Positions 30,977 through 39,739 of a DNA stretch of 64,000 nt are shown here, piece by piece. The number at the start of each line of letters is the position of its first letter. Within the stretch, counting starts at the first letter, position 1. The notes under the pieces are model-generated. The model saw only the letters and a list, made by a program, of their open reading frames with translations, searched no databases and was not told the DNA's origin. This DNA comes from an uncultured Glaciecola sp. Lineage in GTDB: Bacteria; Pseudomonadota; Gammaproteobacteria; Enterobacterales; Alteromonadaceae. The stretch lies in NCBI GenBank assembly GCA_964621345.1, contig CAZUON010000005.1, forward strand, positions 349-64,348, read 5' to 3'. A program made the position numbers and the translations under genes.

Positions 30977-31954
30977 TTATAGACGGCAAGGCTGAGCATA
31001 GCCATCAAATATTAACCATTTACCGCTTAGTTGTCGGCCATTTAATATCATGTTTTGAATATATAAACGCCTACCAACTAGATCATATTGCCCCAAAAAC
31101 TGACTGAGCTTGGCATCTTCCAATGCATTGACTAAATTTGCCGACAGCGCGCGGTCAAAATGCAGGGGATATACCCTTATCAGAGCTTGATTAGGCGCAT
31201 AGGCTTGTTTTAATTGACGCTCTCTACTGCCCACCTCACCCGAAATGCGTCTTAATAAATGACTAGCTTGTTTAGGCATCGGCGTCAGAGGCATGAGCTC
31301 ATGACCGCCGGAGTGAGGGTTTAGAGATGCCAGACCAATACCCACGCATTGATATAAAAATGTGACCACTTGGTCGCGGATACTTGCCTGCGTTGGCAAT
31401 GAAATACTAACTTCACTATGAGAAAAATCTGCTAAAACACTGTCTATTTGCTGTTGTCTTTGAGTTTCAGTGAGGGTAGATGTAGATATCTCGGTGTTAC
31501 TGGAGCGCACTCCCTCAAGTGTTTCTTTCTCTGGGAATACATTTTTTGTATCGCTATTCACCGTACTTTGAGTGGCCGTTTCGACAACATTGCTTGGGCT
31601 TTGTTGAACTATTTTAGCGTGTATTTGTTGTGCGGAGTGTTTAAAAGAATGAGTATGTTGATTAGCATTTGACGAGGCCTGATTATCAACCGGTACAGCA
31701 GGCAACTCTACACTTACAACACGTAGCATCTTTTTATTCGCTTCGGGCATCTCAGGTGTGATAGTAGGCTTTGGTTTTAGGGGCGCTGATGTTGTTTCAT
31801 TTAGCTTCTTTGGGTCACTTTTTTCATCTAAATAGCGCTCTAAAAAGGAATCTAATATAAAAATAACTATCAGCATGGCAACACATGCAAATCCCCATTT
31901 TTTACTGAGTACACTGTGCTTAACATGCTGATAGTTTGTCGCTCTATAGAACAT
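30977..31954 (-). CDS. Hypothetical bitopic membrane protein with a TonB-like layout: N-terminal TM anchor, Pro/Lys-rich spacer and C-terminal globular domain
   Basis: TM WGFACVAMLIVIFIL, spacer TSAPLKPKPTITPEMPEANKK, a Ser/Thr/Gln-rich linker, then a roughly 150-aa C-terminal domain. The architecture resembles TonB; no TonB C-terminal motif is recognised. Confidence 0.45.
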   Translation of the reverse strand: MFYRATNYQHVKHSVLSKKWGFACVAMLIVIFILDSFLERYLDEKSDPKKLNETTSAPLKPKPTITPEMPEANKKMLRVVSVELPAVPVDNQASSNANQHTHSFKHSAQQIHAKIVQQSPSNVVETATQSTVNSDTKNVFPEKETLEGVRSSNTEISTSTLTETQRQQQIDSVLADFSHSEVSISLPTQASIRDQVVTFLYQCVGIGLASLNPHSGGHELMPLTPMPKQASHLLRRISGEVGSRERQLKQAYAPNQALIRVYPLHFDRALSANLVNALEDAKLSQFLGQYDLVGRRLYIQNMILNGRQLSGKWLIFDGYAQPCRL

Positions 31955-31973
31955 TTTTGCCTACTTTAAAAAG

Positions 31974-32618
31974 CTAAAGAGGTGTGCGTTGCAGAGCACT
32001 CAAAGCAGCAAACTGTCTTTTTTGTGCTAGATCCCGAAGCAAGGCCTGCTGCTGCAAACGTTTGTTTTGTGAACGGCGCGCAGCATCATTCACAGAGTCG
32101 TTTGCTGAGTAAAGTGCGTTGTTTGTGTTCTGCGCTTCGACTTGCACATTGTTTTGAGGTATCGCCATTAAGGATTCTTTTGATGAATCAGATATCAGTG
32201 TTTTTGCAGGCTGTAGTTTAACCACCGAACGACTTTCATTATGCTCAATGCCGGCGATTTCTGAGCTAGCGATGTGTGTAACTGACGTATCCGTAGCTTG
32301 CGACTGAGTTTTTGCCCTTGCAGGTAATGCGTTTGCTGCTCGAGCTTCCTCATTTTCACTTTTGAAAGAAGCGTTATTACCCTTGTTCTTTATAATTTCT
32401 AATTGTGCCAGCATGCTTTGCTGCGCCGCCTGCAAGTCGCTAATATCAGCCTCAATTTGTGCCAAGCTTTGCGCGGACTCCTCAGACTCAAGAGTATTGG
32501 CAATGGTACTTTGTAAAGCCGTATTTGTTGATGATGTGCGAAAGACATCTGCATTAAGAGATGACGCAACTAAGTAAGCGGCTCCCGCCAAGCTGATAAT
32601 AAAAAATAGAATTTTCAT
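31974..32618 (-). CDS. Hypothetical membrane-anchored or secreted coiled-coil protein (TolA-like composition)
   Basis: MKILFFIISLAGAAYLVASS, then an Ala/Gln/Glu-rich helical sequence. ATG at 32618 has GGAG 8 nt upstream, so I prefer it to the GTG at 32627. Confidence 0.5.
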   Translation of the reverse strand: MKILFFIISLAGAAYLVASSLNADVFRTSSTNTALQSTIANTLESEESAQSLAQIEADISDLQAAQQSMLAQLEIIKNKGNNASFKSENEEARAANALPARAKTQSQATDTSVTHIASSEIAGIEHNESRSVVKLQPAKTLISDSSKESLMAIPQNNVQVEAQNTNNALYSANDSVNDAARRSQNKRLQQQALLRDLAQKRQFAALSALQRTPL

Positions 32619-32664
32619 ATTGTTCACTCCAAATATTCGTTTGAGACGCTTGCGTAATTTAAGG

Positions 32665-33201
32665 CTAGGATTGCTCGCTATACTTCGTGCATAAAATACT
32701 GATTATTGCTCTAAACAACGTCGCAACCGGTAAACCCACAACAGTGGTCATAAAGGCCATAGAAAACTGCGCGGTTAATTGCCCAATAATCCCCTGCACG
32801 CTTTCTGGGGTGAGAGTTTGGTTCGATAAACTGCCTATCCCTAAACTGATCCCCAACAAGGTAAATGTCAGCGCAAGGGTTGAAATACCATTTGCTGCCT
32901 GTAAACCAATTTCTGCCCACAGTGCATGGCCTTTAGCCCTATATAGCTGAAATACAGAAACACTCGCTAAGGCGCTAAGCCCACTAAATAAAATAAGAAA
33001 GCTCATGCCAAACAAACGCTCAACGTGCAATAAAATATCTGCCAAGGTCATTTGCGTAACAAAGCTGACTATTGCAAGTACAATCATTGCGCTGCCAATA
33101 GCTGCGTAAGCGTATTTTGCACCTTGGCGAATATTAAGCGGAATAGACACTTCAACCGAAGCAGCGCTCGCTTTTGCATGACTGCTCTGTTGTAAAAACA
33201 T
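32665..33201 (-). CDS. Minimal MotA/TolQ/ExbB-like proton-channel family protein
   Basis: 178 aa with 4 hydrophobic segments. TFTLLGISLGIGS parallels PF(V/I)GLFGTVWGI of ExbB/TolQ, and MAFMTTVVGLPVATLF parallels EAL(I/L)ATAIGL-AAIPA. It lacks the long cytoplasmic loop of canonical ExbB/TolQ. The start overlaps the upstream stop (TAATG). Confidence 0.45.
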   Translation of the reverse strand: MFLQQSSHAKASAASVEVSIPLNIRQGAKYAYAAIGSAMIVLAIVSFVTQMTLADILLHVERLFGMSFLILFSGLSALASVSVFQLYRAKGHALWAEIGLQAANGISTLALTFTLLGISLGIGSLSNQTLTPESVQGIIGQLTAQFSMAFMTTVVGLPVATLFRAIISILCTKYSEQS

Positions 33202-33602
33202 TATCTGTAGCCTGCTGATGCACTCATTACTGAGGCAGTATCAAAGTTCACTTGATCTAGCCACTGCGCACTCGCACTGAGCTCTTTTTCTGCGCCTGCA
33301 TGCACCAAGAAGGTTAATTCGTAAGCAGAAAATGCGCGTTTGACCTGTGGGCTTTGCGACGCCATGAGTCTTTCATCTCGAATGACCATGCGTTCCATGT
33401 CGCTTAAATGGCGCTGACGCTTCTGTACTTTCGCCAAACGCTCCTCAAAGGCTAAGTCTGCACTTAACATATCGTTAATTAAGGCCGAACGTTCACGTTC
33501 TAAATTGTTCAATGAAAGCGTGTTGTCTTTAGCAGAAGCACCTGTGATCATGCCTATACATAGTGCTGCACAAGTTAAGCTTTTTATAGTATTGAGTTTC
33601 AT
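33201..33602 (-). CDS. Hypothetical periplasmic helical protein
   Basis: 133 aa. Signal peptide MKLNTIKSLTCAALCIGMITGASA. Charged helical sequence. Confidence 0.55.
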   Translation of the reverse strand: MKLNTIKSLTCAALCIGMITGASAKDNTLSLNNLERERSALINDMLSADLAFEERLAKVQKRQRHLSDMERMVIRDERLMASQSPQVKRAFSAYELTFLVHAGAEKELSASAQWLDQVNFDTASVMSASAGYR

Positions 33603-33660
33603 ATTAGTGCCTTTTTTATATTGATAGCTTCGTCGGTGATGTCTTTATCACGAAGGGTAA

Positions 33661-34560
33661 TTAAAGAAATAAATCAACAGATTTGGCCGGTGTCGTCATC
33701 GGTTGTGCTAACACGTCGCCATCAAGCTGCTGGTCACTTATTGCGTATTCCAAAGACTGCGCATCTAGCGCGACGAGTTTAGACATATAACTGAGCATCA
33801 AACCCTCTTGGTCAAGCAATGACTGCTCACTAGAGGCCTGAATTAATAGTTGTCTGATGTATTCTTCGGTACTGACTTCAATGCCGTCCACCGTTGCCGC
33901 CATGCTGGCCTGATGAGAGCTAATGGCTGTTTTTAATTGCTCAATTTTTGCTAAGTTCTTGGCAAATTCATCAGCATAAGGACTCTGCGCGGTATAGCCT
34001 TGCGCCGAAATGGTTTCATCCACTTGTGCCATGACTTTTTCCATACGCTGGCGAGCGGCTTCTTGTTGTTGTTTGAGGATGAACTTTCCTTCATTTTGCT
34101 GGCGATTAGCAGCTTGATACATTTTTTCGAGTACGTTTTGATACACGTCGATTTTTTGGTTAAGTGCATCTTGACGCAGTTCATGGCCTAATTGCATGTC
34201 ATCCAAAAAACTAGATTTCAGCTGCACCAAACTGACTTTTTCATCAATCATTTCGTTATCGCCAGAGCTAGCTACTAATTCTTGTACCGCTTTTATTTGA
34301 CTACTTTGCTCGCCAATTGCCTGCTCTAAACTGAGTAACTGTGACGCCATTGGAGACATATTAAAGTCTTGCTGAATACGTTTTTCAATTAGATTCGCTG
34401 GTAGCTCAATTAATGATTCTGCAGACACGGGCTGCCAGTCATGGTGATCGCTTTGTTGACTAGCGGTTGTAAAGGCGTTGTTTGCAAATGCGGTATTGAT
34501 GCTCGCTGCTAACATGGTCATCGCCATAAAACGGGTAATGTGCATTTTTGAAAAGCGCAT
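33661..34560 (-). CDS. Hypothetical periplasmic coiled-coil protein
   Basis: 299 aa. Signal peptide MRFSKMHITRFMAMTMLAASINTAFA. Long Gln/Glu/Leu-rich heptad-like stretches. Confidence 0.6.
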   Translation of the reverse strand: MRFSKMHITRFMAMTMLAASINTAFANNAFTTASQQSDHHDWQPVSAESLIELPANLIEKRIQQDFNMSPMASQLLSLEQAIGEQSSQIKAVQELVASSGDNEMIDEKVSLVQLKSSFLDDMQLGHELRQDALNQKIDVYQNVLEKMYQAANRQQNEGKFILKQQQEAARQRMEKVMAQVDETISAQGYTAQSPYADEFAKNLAKIEQLKTAISSHQASMAATVDGIEVSTEEYIRQLLIQASSEQSLLDQEGLMLSYMSKLVALDAQSLEYAISDQQLDGDVLAQPMTTPAKSVDLFL

Positions 34561-34624
34561 ATTAGTGATCCTCTTATCGGTGAATAAAGTCGCTGATGTT
34601 GATTACAAAGCTTGAATAAAAACG

Positions 34625-35170
34625 CTATTGCAAAGACCATTGGCGAGCACGCTGTAATTCAGAGCGCAATGTTGGGTTGATGTTAAGCATCGCTAATTGT
34701 CGGTTTGACAACTTGCTATCAAGCAGTGCAGTGGCGGTATCAATAAAGGAGGTATAATCGTCAAACACAAGATCTTGTTGCGCAAAACGCTGCCTGAATT
34801 CATCTAGCGAAGCTTGTGCCATCTCGAGATGACCGCTTTTTACGTAGTTCACTACTGCAATCGCGTTTAACTGCATGCCCAGTTCATTGTCAGGATGTGT
34901 AGGAAAAAATCGAATGTTGTCGATGCATCTATTAGCTTGATTGGCTAAGGCCATAAAATGTGCTGGACTTGCAGAAGTCCGCACCGCCTGCTCTCGCTGA
35001 TTAACCTGTTGCGAACAACTGTTATCGATACGCTGACCAAGCGAGTAGGCTTGCTCTACTGGCGCAGTTCGCGTCTCGTTAGTGCTCGAACAACCCGCAG
35101 CAGCAAAACATGCTAATGCGCCAATATATAGATGCTTTAATTGAGTATTGCTAAACATATTCATCCCCAT
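34625..35170 (-). CDS. Hypothetical lipoprotein
   Basis: Lipobox-like ACFAAAGC|SS after a hydrophobic region. The true start may be the third ATG at 35158 (MFSNTQLKH...), which has GGGGA upstream. Confidence 0.6.
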   Translation of the reverse strand: MGMNMFSNTQLKHLYIGALACFAAAGCSSTNETRTAPVEQAYSLGQRIDNSCSQQVNQREQAVRTSASPAHFMALANQANRCIDNIRFFPTHPDNELGMQLNAIAVVNYVKSGHLEMAQASLDEFRQRFAQQDLVFDDYTSFIDTATALLDSKLSNRQLAMLNINPTLRSELQRARQWSLQ

Positions 35171-35261
35171 TCGTTTGTTATAAATGGCTATGAAACGTTT
35201 AGGGGATTTTTTTAATTATCTTAAAAATTTATTTTAACTTTTTATTTTTAACTTTTTAATA

Positions 35262-36020
35262 CTACTTTTCTAATGTGGATTCGTTGACCACTGCGTTATC
35301 TTCAGCGTTCAGCTTCGCGTCAACTTCTGCAGCAAGCCTCTGCGTTAATTGAGGCACTATGTGCGTAAAGTCTTTGTGTAGGTAATGGTATAAAGACTCC
35401 TCACCTATATCTTGAGAGTGCCACATATCTTGTTTTGCCAAGAGGGTGTCGTCAATTAACACCTCACTTACTGCAATGGCATCCACTCGGCCATTGAGAA
35501 ATAAATTGAAAAGTAATTTTCGCTCAGACACTTCAAATAAAGGTACCGATACCTCTCGTTTTTTTAATAAGTTTTGCAACCCCACAAACCCTGACACCGT
35601 TGCCAATTGCGTAATCGTCTCCAAACTACAATCACCGCAGCGCTCAGAATTGACTAAGAGCACAATTTTAAATCGTTTTAACGCAACGGGTATTTGAATC
35701 AAGCCTTTTAACTTAGGTTGATTTACACGTGCCATTAAGCCTGACAAACGACCTTCAGTCGCTTCCACATAGCTTCTTTTTAGCGGGTGGTTGATGTACG
35801 TTACTTCGTAACCTAAGGAATGGTAGGCAGTTTCTATCGTATGTTGAACATCTTGATGAAAATCCAATGCCGATAACTTATCAAAATATACGTGTTTATC
35901 TTCTGAATTTTTATTTGTTTTTAGTGGCTGAAAGTGAGGTGGCTTTGGTGGCATACAAAAAGCTGCGCACGCAAGCTGCAACAATGTAATTATCAAAACA
36001 AACTTTGATGATGTGTTCAT
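35262..36020 (-). CDS. Secreted protein, possibly type-2 periplasmic-binding fold (SBP family 3-like)
   Basis: ATG at 36020 has GGAGG 5 nt upstream; the track's GTG at 36047 is rejected. Signal peptide MNTSSKFVLIITLLQLACAAFC. It has the general P-x-R / GRVD pattern of orphan solute-binding-like proteins. The family call is weak. Confidence 0.4.
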   Translation of the reverse strand: MNTSSKFVLIITLLQLACAAFCMPPKPPHFQPLKTNKNSEDKHVYFDKLSALDFHQDVQHTIETAYHSLGYEVTYINHPLKRSYVEATEGRLSGLMARVNQPKLKGLIQIPVALKRFKIVLLVNSERCGDCSLETITQLATVSGFVGLQNLLKKREVSVPLFEVSERKLLFNLFLNGRVDAIAVSEVLIDDTLLAKQDMWHSQDIGEESLYHYLHKDFTHIVPQLTQRLAAEVDAKLNAEDNAVVNESTLEK

Positions 36021-36131
36021 ATGCCCTCCATAATTATATTCGAGCACTGAGTAAGACAGAATAAAACTGTTTAAAATTTCATCAGCAGTTAAATTAGCAT
36101 AATTACCAGCAATTTTGTGAAATCAATTTGG

Positions 36132-37484
36132 CTAGAGTTCCAAACTGTGACGAACCATGTCAATTTCAAGCCCTTGCTTTGTTTGCCATTCTAGTAGCAA
36201 TTCTAAACTGATGGGCTGTTGTTGTTGGTGAAGTCGCTGGAGGTAGGCTTCTAAACTTTGCCTATCACTGCGATCTGCAGCTTGTTTAAAGACCAGTAGG
36301 AAGTACTCACGAGAAGTCTCTTGCCACTGCGGGAGTGGGATTTTGAAATGCATAATGCTTGAGTCATCAGCATTATCAGAGATATTTGTTGTTGCCAGTG
36401 GAAGCAATGCATAGGAGTCGGCGACCAACCAAACATCGCTTGGTAAAACTTCTAAGTATTCAAAGCTCACCTGCAACGCGCACAACGTTGATAACTTTAG
36501 CGGCCTAAAACGAATCAATGACTGTGGGGCTTGTTGTTGTGACAATCGCGTATTGCTTGCGGCATCGCATCTGTCTAATACTTTTTGTTCGTAGCTAAGG
36601 CGCACTTGTTGAGTTTTGTTGGCATGAAACACCCCTACTTTGAGCGTCCAAAGCACTGCAATCAAACCGACAATGAGGCACACTATTGCCAATTTTCGCT
36701 GTTTATCTTTTGAGCCTTTAAAGAACGCAGCAAACATTGAGGTTAAAGAGTTATCGCCGGCTTGCGCTGGGTTTGAAGGTTTTGCACGCGAAATAAGTGT
36801 CCCGAAGGTATTTACAAGCTGATGGGTGGTTTGACTCGCTGCGTTGTTAGCCGCTTTAAATAGCCCAGAGCTAATTGCCATCGGCGCCTTTTTGACCGGA
36901 CCTAGACCACTTTGAGTAATATGGCCCTGCTCTAGTAACCACTGCTCTGCGTTTGCAATATTCGATATTGGAGTAAGGGCAAATGGAATATCGGGTAATG
37001 GTTGACGATAATTCTCTTCAGGTACAAAAAAAGACACTCGGCAGTGTTGTTGCTGCCATTGAATAATCGTTTTTTGCGCTTGTAAACATTTTTGCGCCAA
37101 ATGACTCACTAAGCGAACATCTGCATTAACGGCATCTATTTCACCGCTTGCGATAATCACTTTATCCCCTGGCGCCACCTTACCATTACCTAGTGTATTA
37201 CTTGCCGCCAAGATATGCGCAAGTGCAGCACCAAGCTGCCAGCTTTGTCCTTGATGGAGCTCGGTTCCAAGTACCATATGATAGCTATCGTGACCAAAAT
37301 ACCCTGCAAGGGGGCTAACGCTTTTATCTACAAAGTGACGATAATCAGGGGTGATAGCAGAGAGTTTTGAGCCTCCGGCAATGCTTACAAACGATGCGAG
37401 GGACTCCCCGTTACGATGCACAAGTGCCGGTATGGAAACTAAGCCTGTAGTGCTGGCAATAAAAAGATGTACAGGCTCTGACAT
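36132..37484 (-). CDS. Bitopic membrane protein with an N-terminal cytoplasmic Lon(S16)-protease-like motif pair, a TM segment and a periplasmic C-terminal domain
   Basis: 450 aa. GQSWQLGAALAHILAA (Ser81) and VIIASGEIDAVNADVRLVSHLAQKCLQA (Lys132) resemble the GPSAG...(A/S)MTGEI...GG-KEK arrangement of Lon. TM LAIVCLIVGLIAVLWTLKVGVF. The start lies 3 nt after the upstream stop. Confidence 0.45.
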   Translation of the reverse strand: MSEPVHLFIASTTGLVSIPALVHRNGESLASFVSIAGGSKLSAITPDYRHFVDKSVSPLAGYFGHDSYHMVLGTELHQGQSWQLGAALAHILAASNTLGNGKVAPGDKVIIASGEIDAVNADVRLVSHLAQKCLQAQKTIIQWQQQHCRVSFFVPEENYRQPLPDIPFALTPISNIANAEQWLLEQGHITQSGLGPVKKAPMAISSGLFKAANNAASQTTHQLVNTFGTLISRAKPSNPAQAGDNSLTSMFAAFFKGSKDKQRKLAIVCLIVGLIAVLWTLKVGVFHANKTQQVRLSYEQKVLDRCDAASNTRLSQQQAPQSLIRFRPLKLSTLCALQVSFEYLEVLPSDVWLVADSYALLPLATTNISDNADDSSIMHFKIPLPQWQETSREYFLLVFKQAADRSDRQSLEAYLQRLHQQQQPISLELLLEWQTKQGLEIDMVRHSLEL

Positions 37485-37487
37485 TAA

Positions 37488-38081
37488 TTAAAAGGTCACG
37501 TAAAGGTGGGCGTTAATATTAGTTAATTGCGCAAAATGATCACTGTGTGGCTTCATCAAAGCAGAGAACTCACCCTGCTGGTTTGCCTCATTCAGTATAA
37601 CAACCCCTATTTCGTCATCGGTCTCACTGTGCAAGTAAGCCTGCTTTGGCAATACGCGCGCGCCACCTGTTAAATCATGGTCAAAAACAGGGTTGTGCAA
37701 GGTCATATTAACCTGTGCGGTATCATGCTCAATAATTTTCATGCTCAGGGTAAATCTCTCATCTTTTCGCTCAAAGGCATGCTCATTGGTACTGGCCGCA
37801 ATTTGTCGAGGGCTTTGTAAGCGCGCAATTTGCTTCAAAACAAAACGATACTTACGCCGATAATCTATCGATTGGTTAATGATACTTAAGTGTTCGTTAG
37901 ACGCAAGCGCTTGTGGCTCTCTCACGCAGTGCACTATGTCGGTAAAGCTCAATTTTCTACTTAAGCGTTTACCTTCTATTGTTAAGCGCTGGGCACCTCG
38001 TAATTGCTCATATTCTTGCAAAGCAATAAAGACTTGTTCATCTATGGGCGCAGTCGCCCTTGGTGTATAGGTCTCACTCAT
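37488..38081 (-). CDS. Hypothetical cytoplasmic protein
   Basis: 197 aa. ATGA start/stop overlap with the upstream gene. No TM segment and no recognisable motif. Confidence 0.55.
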   Translation of the reverse strand: MSETYTPRATAPIDEQVFIALQEYEQLRGAQRLTIEGKRLSRKLSFTDIVHCVREPQALASNEHLSIINQSIDYRRKYRFVLKQIARLQSPRQIAASTNEHAFERKDERFTLSMKIIEHDTAQVNMTLHNPVFDHDLTGGARVLPKQAYLHSETDDEIGVVILNEANQQGEFSALMKPHSDHFAQLTNINAHLYVTF

Positions 38082-39739
38082 TCCATCATCCTCCGTCTCA
38101 ACTCATCACTGAATATGAAACCGTCAGCACGATATTTTTCGTTTAATACAGACGTTGATGAAAATAAATGCATATTTGTATGAATAAAACGCGCCAATAC
38201 TTTTGATAAATCTATTAAAAGTAATATGCCGTCGACGTAATCTTGGTTGTTTTTCAAACGAGTAGCGTCGGTGAAACCTTGACGATTATTCTGCTGATAT
38301 GCTTTTTTGCATGCCTTTATAAGTGCAGGTGTTTGCAATATGTGCTCAATTATTTGGGCCTGCGTTATAGATAACTGCGGCGCGTCCAATGCGTTTTTAC
38401 CTTTGCCTATATCAATTGCTATATCAGCCTCTTTAGCAAACTCATTAAGCACTTCGTTATTAGCAGCCAGTAACTCGATGCATACTTCATCTATCTCTGA
38501 AGCTACTTGACTGGTAGATACCCTTTCCTCTCTCTGCAATAAAAATATATGCAGGACTGCATAGAAGTTCAGGCGATTAAGCTCTTTTTGTGCCATTAAT
38601 TTTTGTACAAAATCCCAATACTGATTCTCTTGTATAGGACTAAATAGCGTAGCATCGAGTTTTTTATTCCGCTGCGCTTGAATACACTTTGCTTGCACGG
38701 CACCAAAAACATCGTAACGCACCACTGTCAAAGGAAATCGTAGGCATAGCTCTGGGAAATCAGCAATTAAACTTAAGCGATGAGCTTGTTGTTTACTTAA
38801 AAGCTTCGGGGTGTCGCATAAGGCCTCTACATCAATTGTTTGTTGTACATAGCTATCAACGATTTCAAAGATCTCTTCTGCTAACACTTGCGTGTCGGCA
38901 TCCTCTGCATATGAAATTGCGCTTCTTGCTCGGGTACTTTGAATCGCTTGTTCAAATTGCAACACATCTCGGGTAAGCGTTGTTAGTTTTTCAGCCCCCT
39001 CTTTGCCAGCACAGAATTGCCAAAATTGAAAAACGCCCTCATCGTCAAAATCATTCCTATCTTGTGATTTTAGCCACTGCGTCATTTGTAAAAACTTTGA
39101 CTGTGACTTTGCCGGTGGCAAGTGCGCTTTCAAATAGCCATAAATGTCTTTTTGCAGCAGCAAAGCAAAACTCTGAATACCGTTAAAACCTTTGCCATTT
39201 AAATGCTCATACGCCTGGTCGAACACGTTTGGCAAAATACTCACCAGCCACTCCATTAGCGCTGCGAGTAAATTAGCACGTGTACTATGAATACTAAATG
39301 AATGCTGATGTATGGTGAGTTGTAAGACCGCTCTGCTTTCGCTTATTTGCATATCAATGCTGGCCTGAGTCAACGGGCACTGACAGTGTTCGGTATTGGT
39401 AAAATACGCTTGCATCGCATGTGCAGTAACGACTTCATCTATGTAGAAGTAGTTAAACAATGCGTTTTCAACCGAGTTGTTAGTTAGCGCCCAGCAAAGA
39501 TGCGACAGTTCAAAACATACATTTGCATAATGGCGACACGCAATATGCTGCGCCAGTTTGTCGATAGTTTTGGGAGAAAATTTATTACGAGAGCCTTTGC
39601 TGCTAGCCTTGGAGCTTGTGTGTTTATCGATGCGGTAAAAAGGCGTTTCTCGCAGCATGGCAAAATCAGCCATCAGGGATTCACTTACATTCACTGCAAA
39701 TTGATTGTCACTTTGCGCGCTTGACCCTTGCTCGGTCAT
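38078..39739 (-). CDS. Hypothetical cytoplasmic, probably all-helical protein
   Basis: 553 aa. ATGA overlap with the FHA gene stop. No TM segment and no recognisable motif. Confidence 0.6.
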   Translation of the reverse strand: MTEQGSSAQSDNQFAVNVSESLMADFAMLRETPFYRIDKHTSSKASSKGSRNKFSPKTIDKLAQHIACRHYANVCFELSHLCWALTNNSVENALFNYFYIDEVVTAHAMQAYFTNTEHCQCPLTQASIDMQISESRAVLQLTIHQHSFSIHSTRANLLAALMEWLVSILPNVFDQAYEHLNGKGFNGIQSFALLLQKDIYGYLKAHLPPAKSQSKFLQMTQWLKSQDRNDFDDEGVFQFWQFCAGKEGAEKLTTLTRDVLQFEQAIQSTRARSAISYAEDADTQVLAEEIFEIVDSYVQQTIDVEALCDTPKLLSKQQAHRLSLIADFPELCLRFPLTVVRYDVFGAVQAKCIQAQRNKKLDATLFSPIQENQYWDFVQKLMAQKELNRLNFYAVLHIFLLQREERVSTSQVASEIDEVCIELLAANNEVLNEFAKEADIAIDIGKGKNALDAPQLSITQAQIIEHILQTPALIKACKKAYQQNNRQGFTDATRLKNNQDYVDGILLLIDLSKVLARFIHTNMHLFSSTSVLNEKYRADGFIFSDELRRRMME

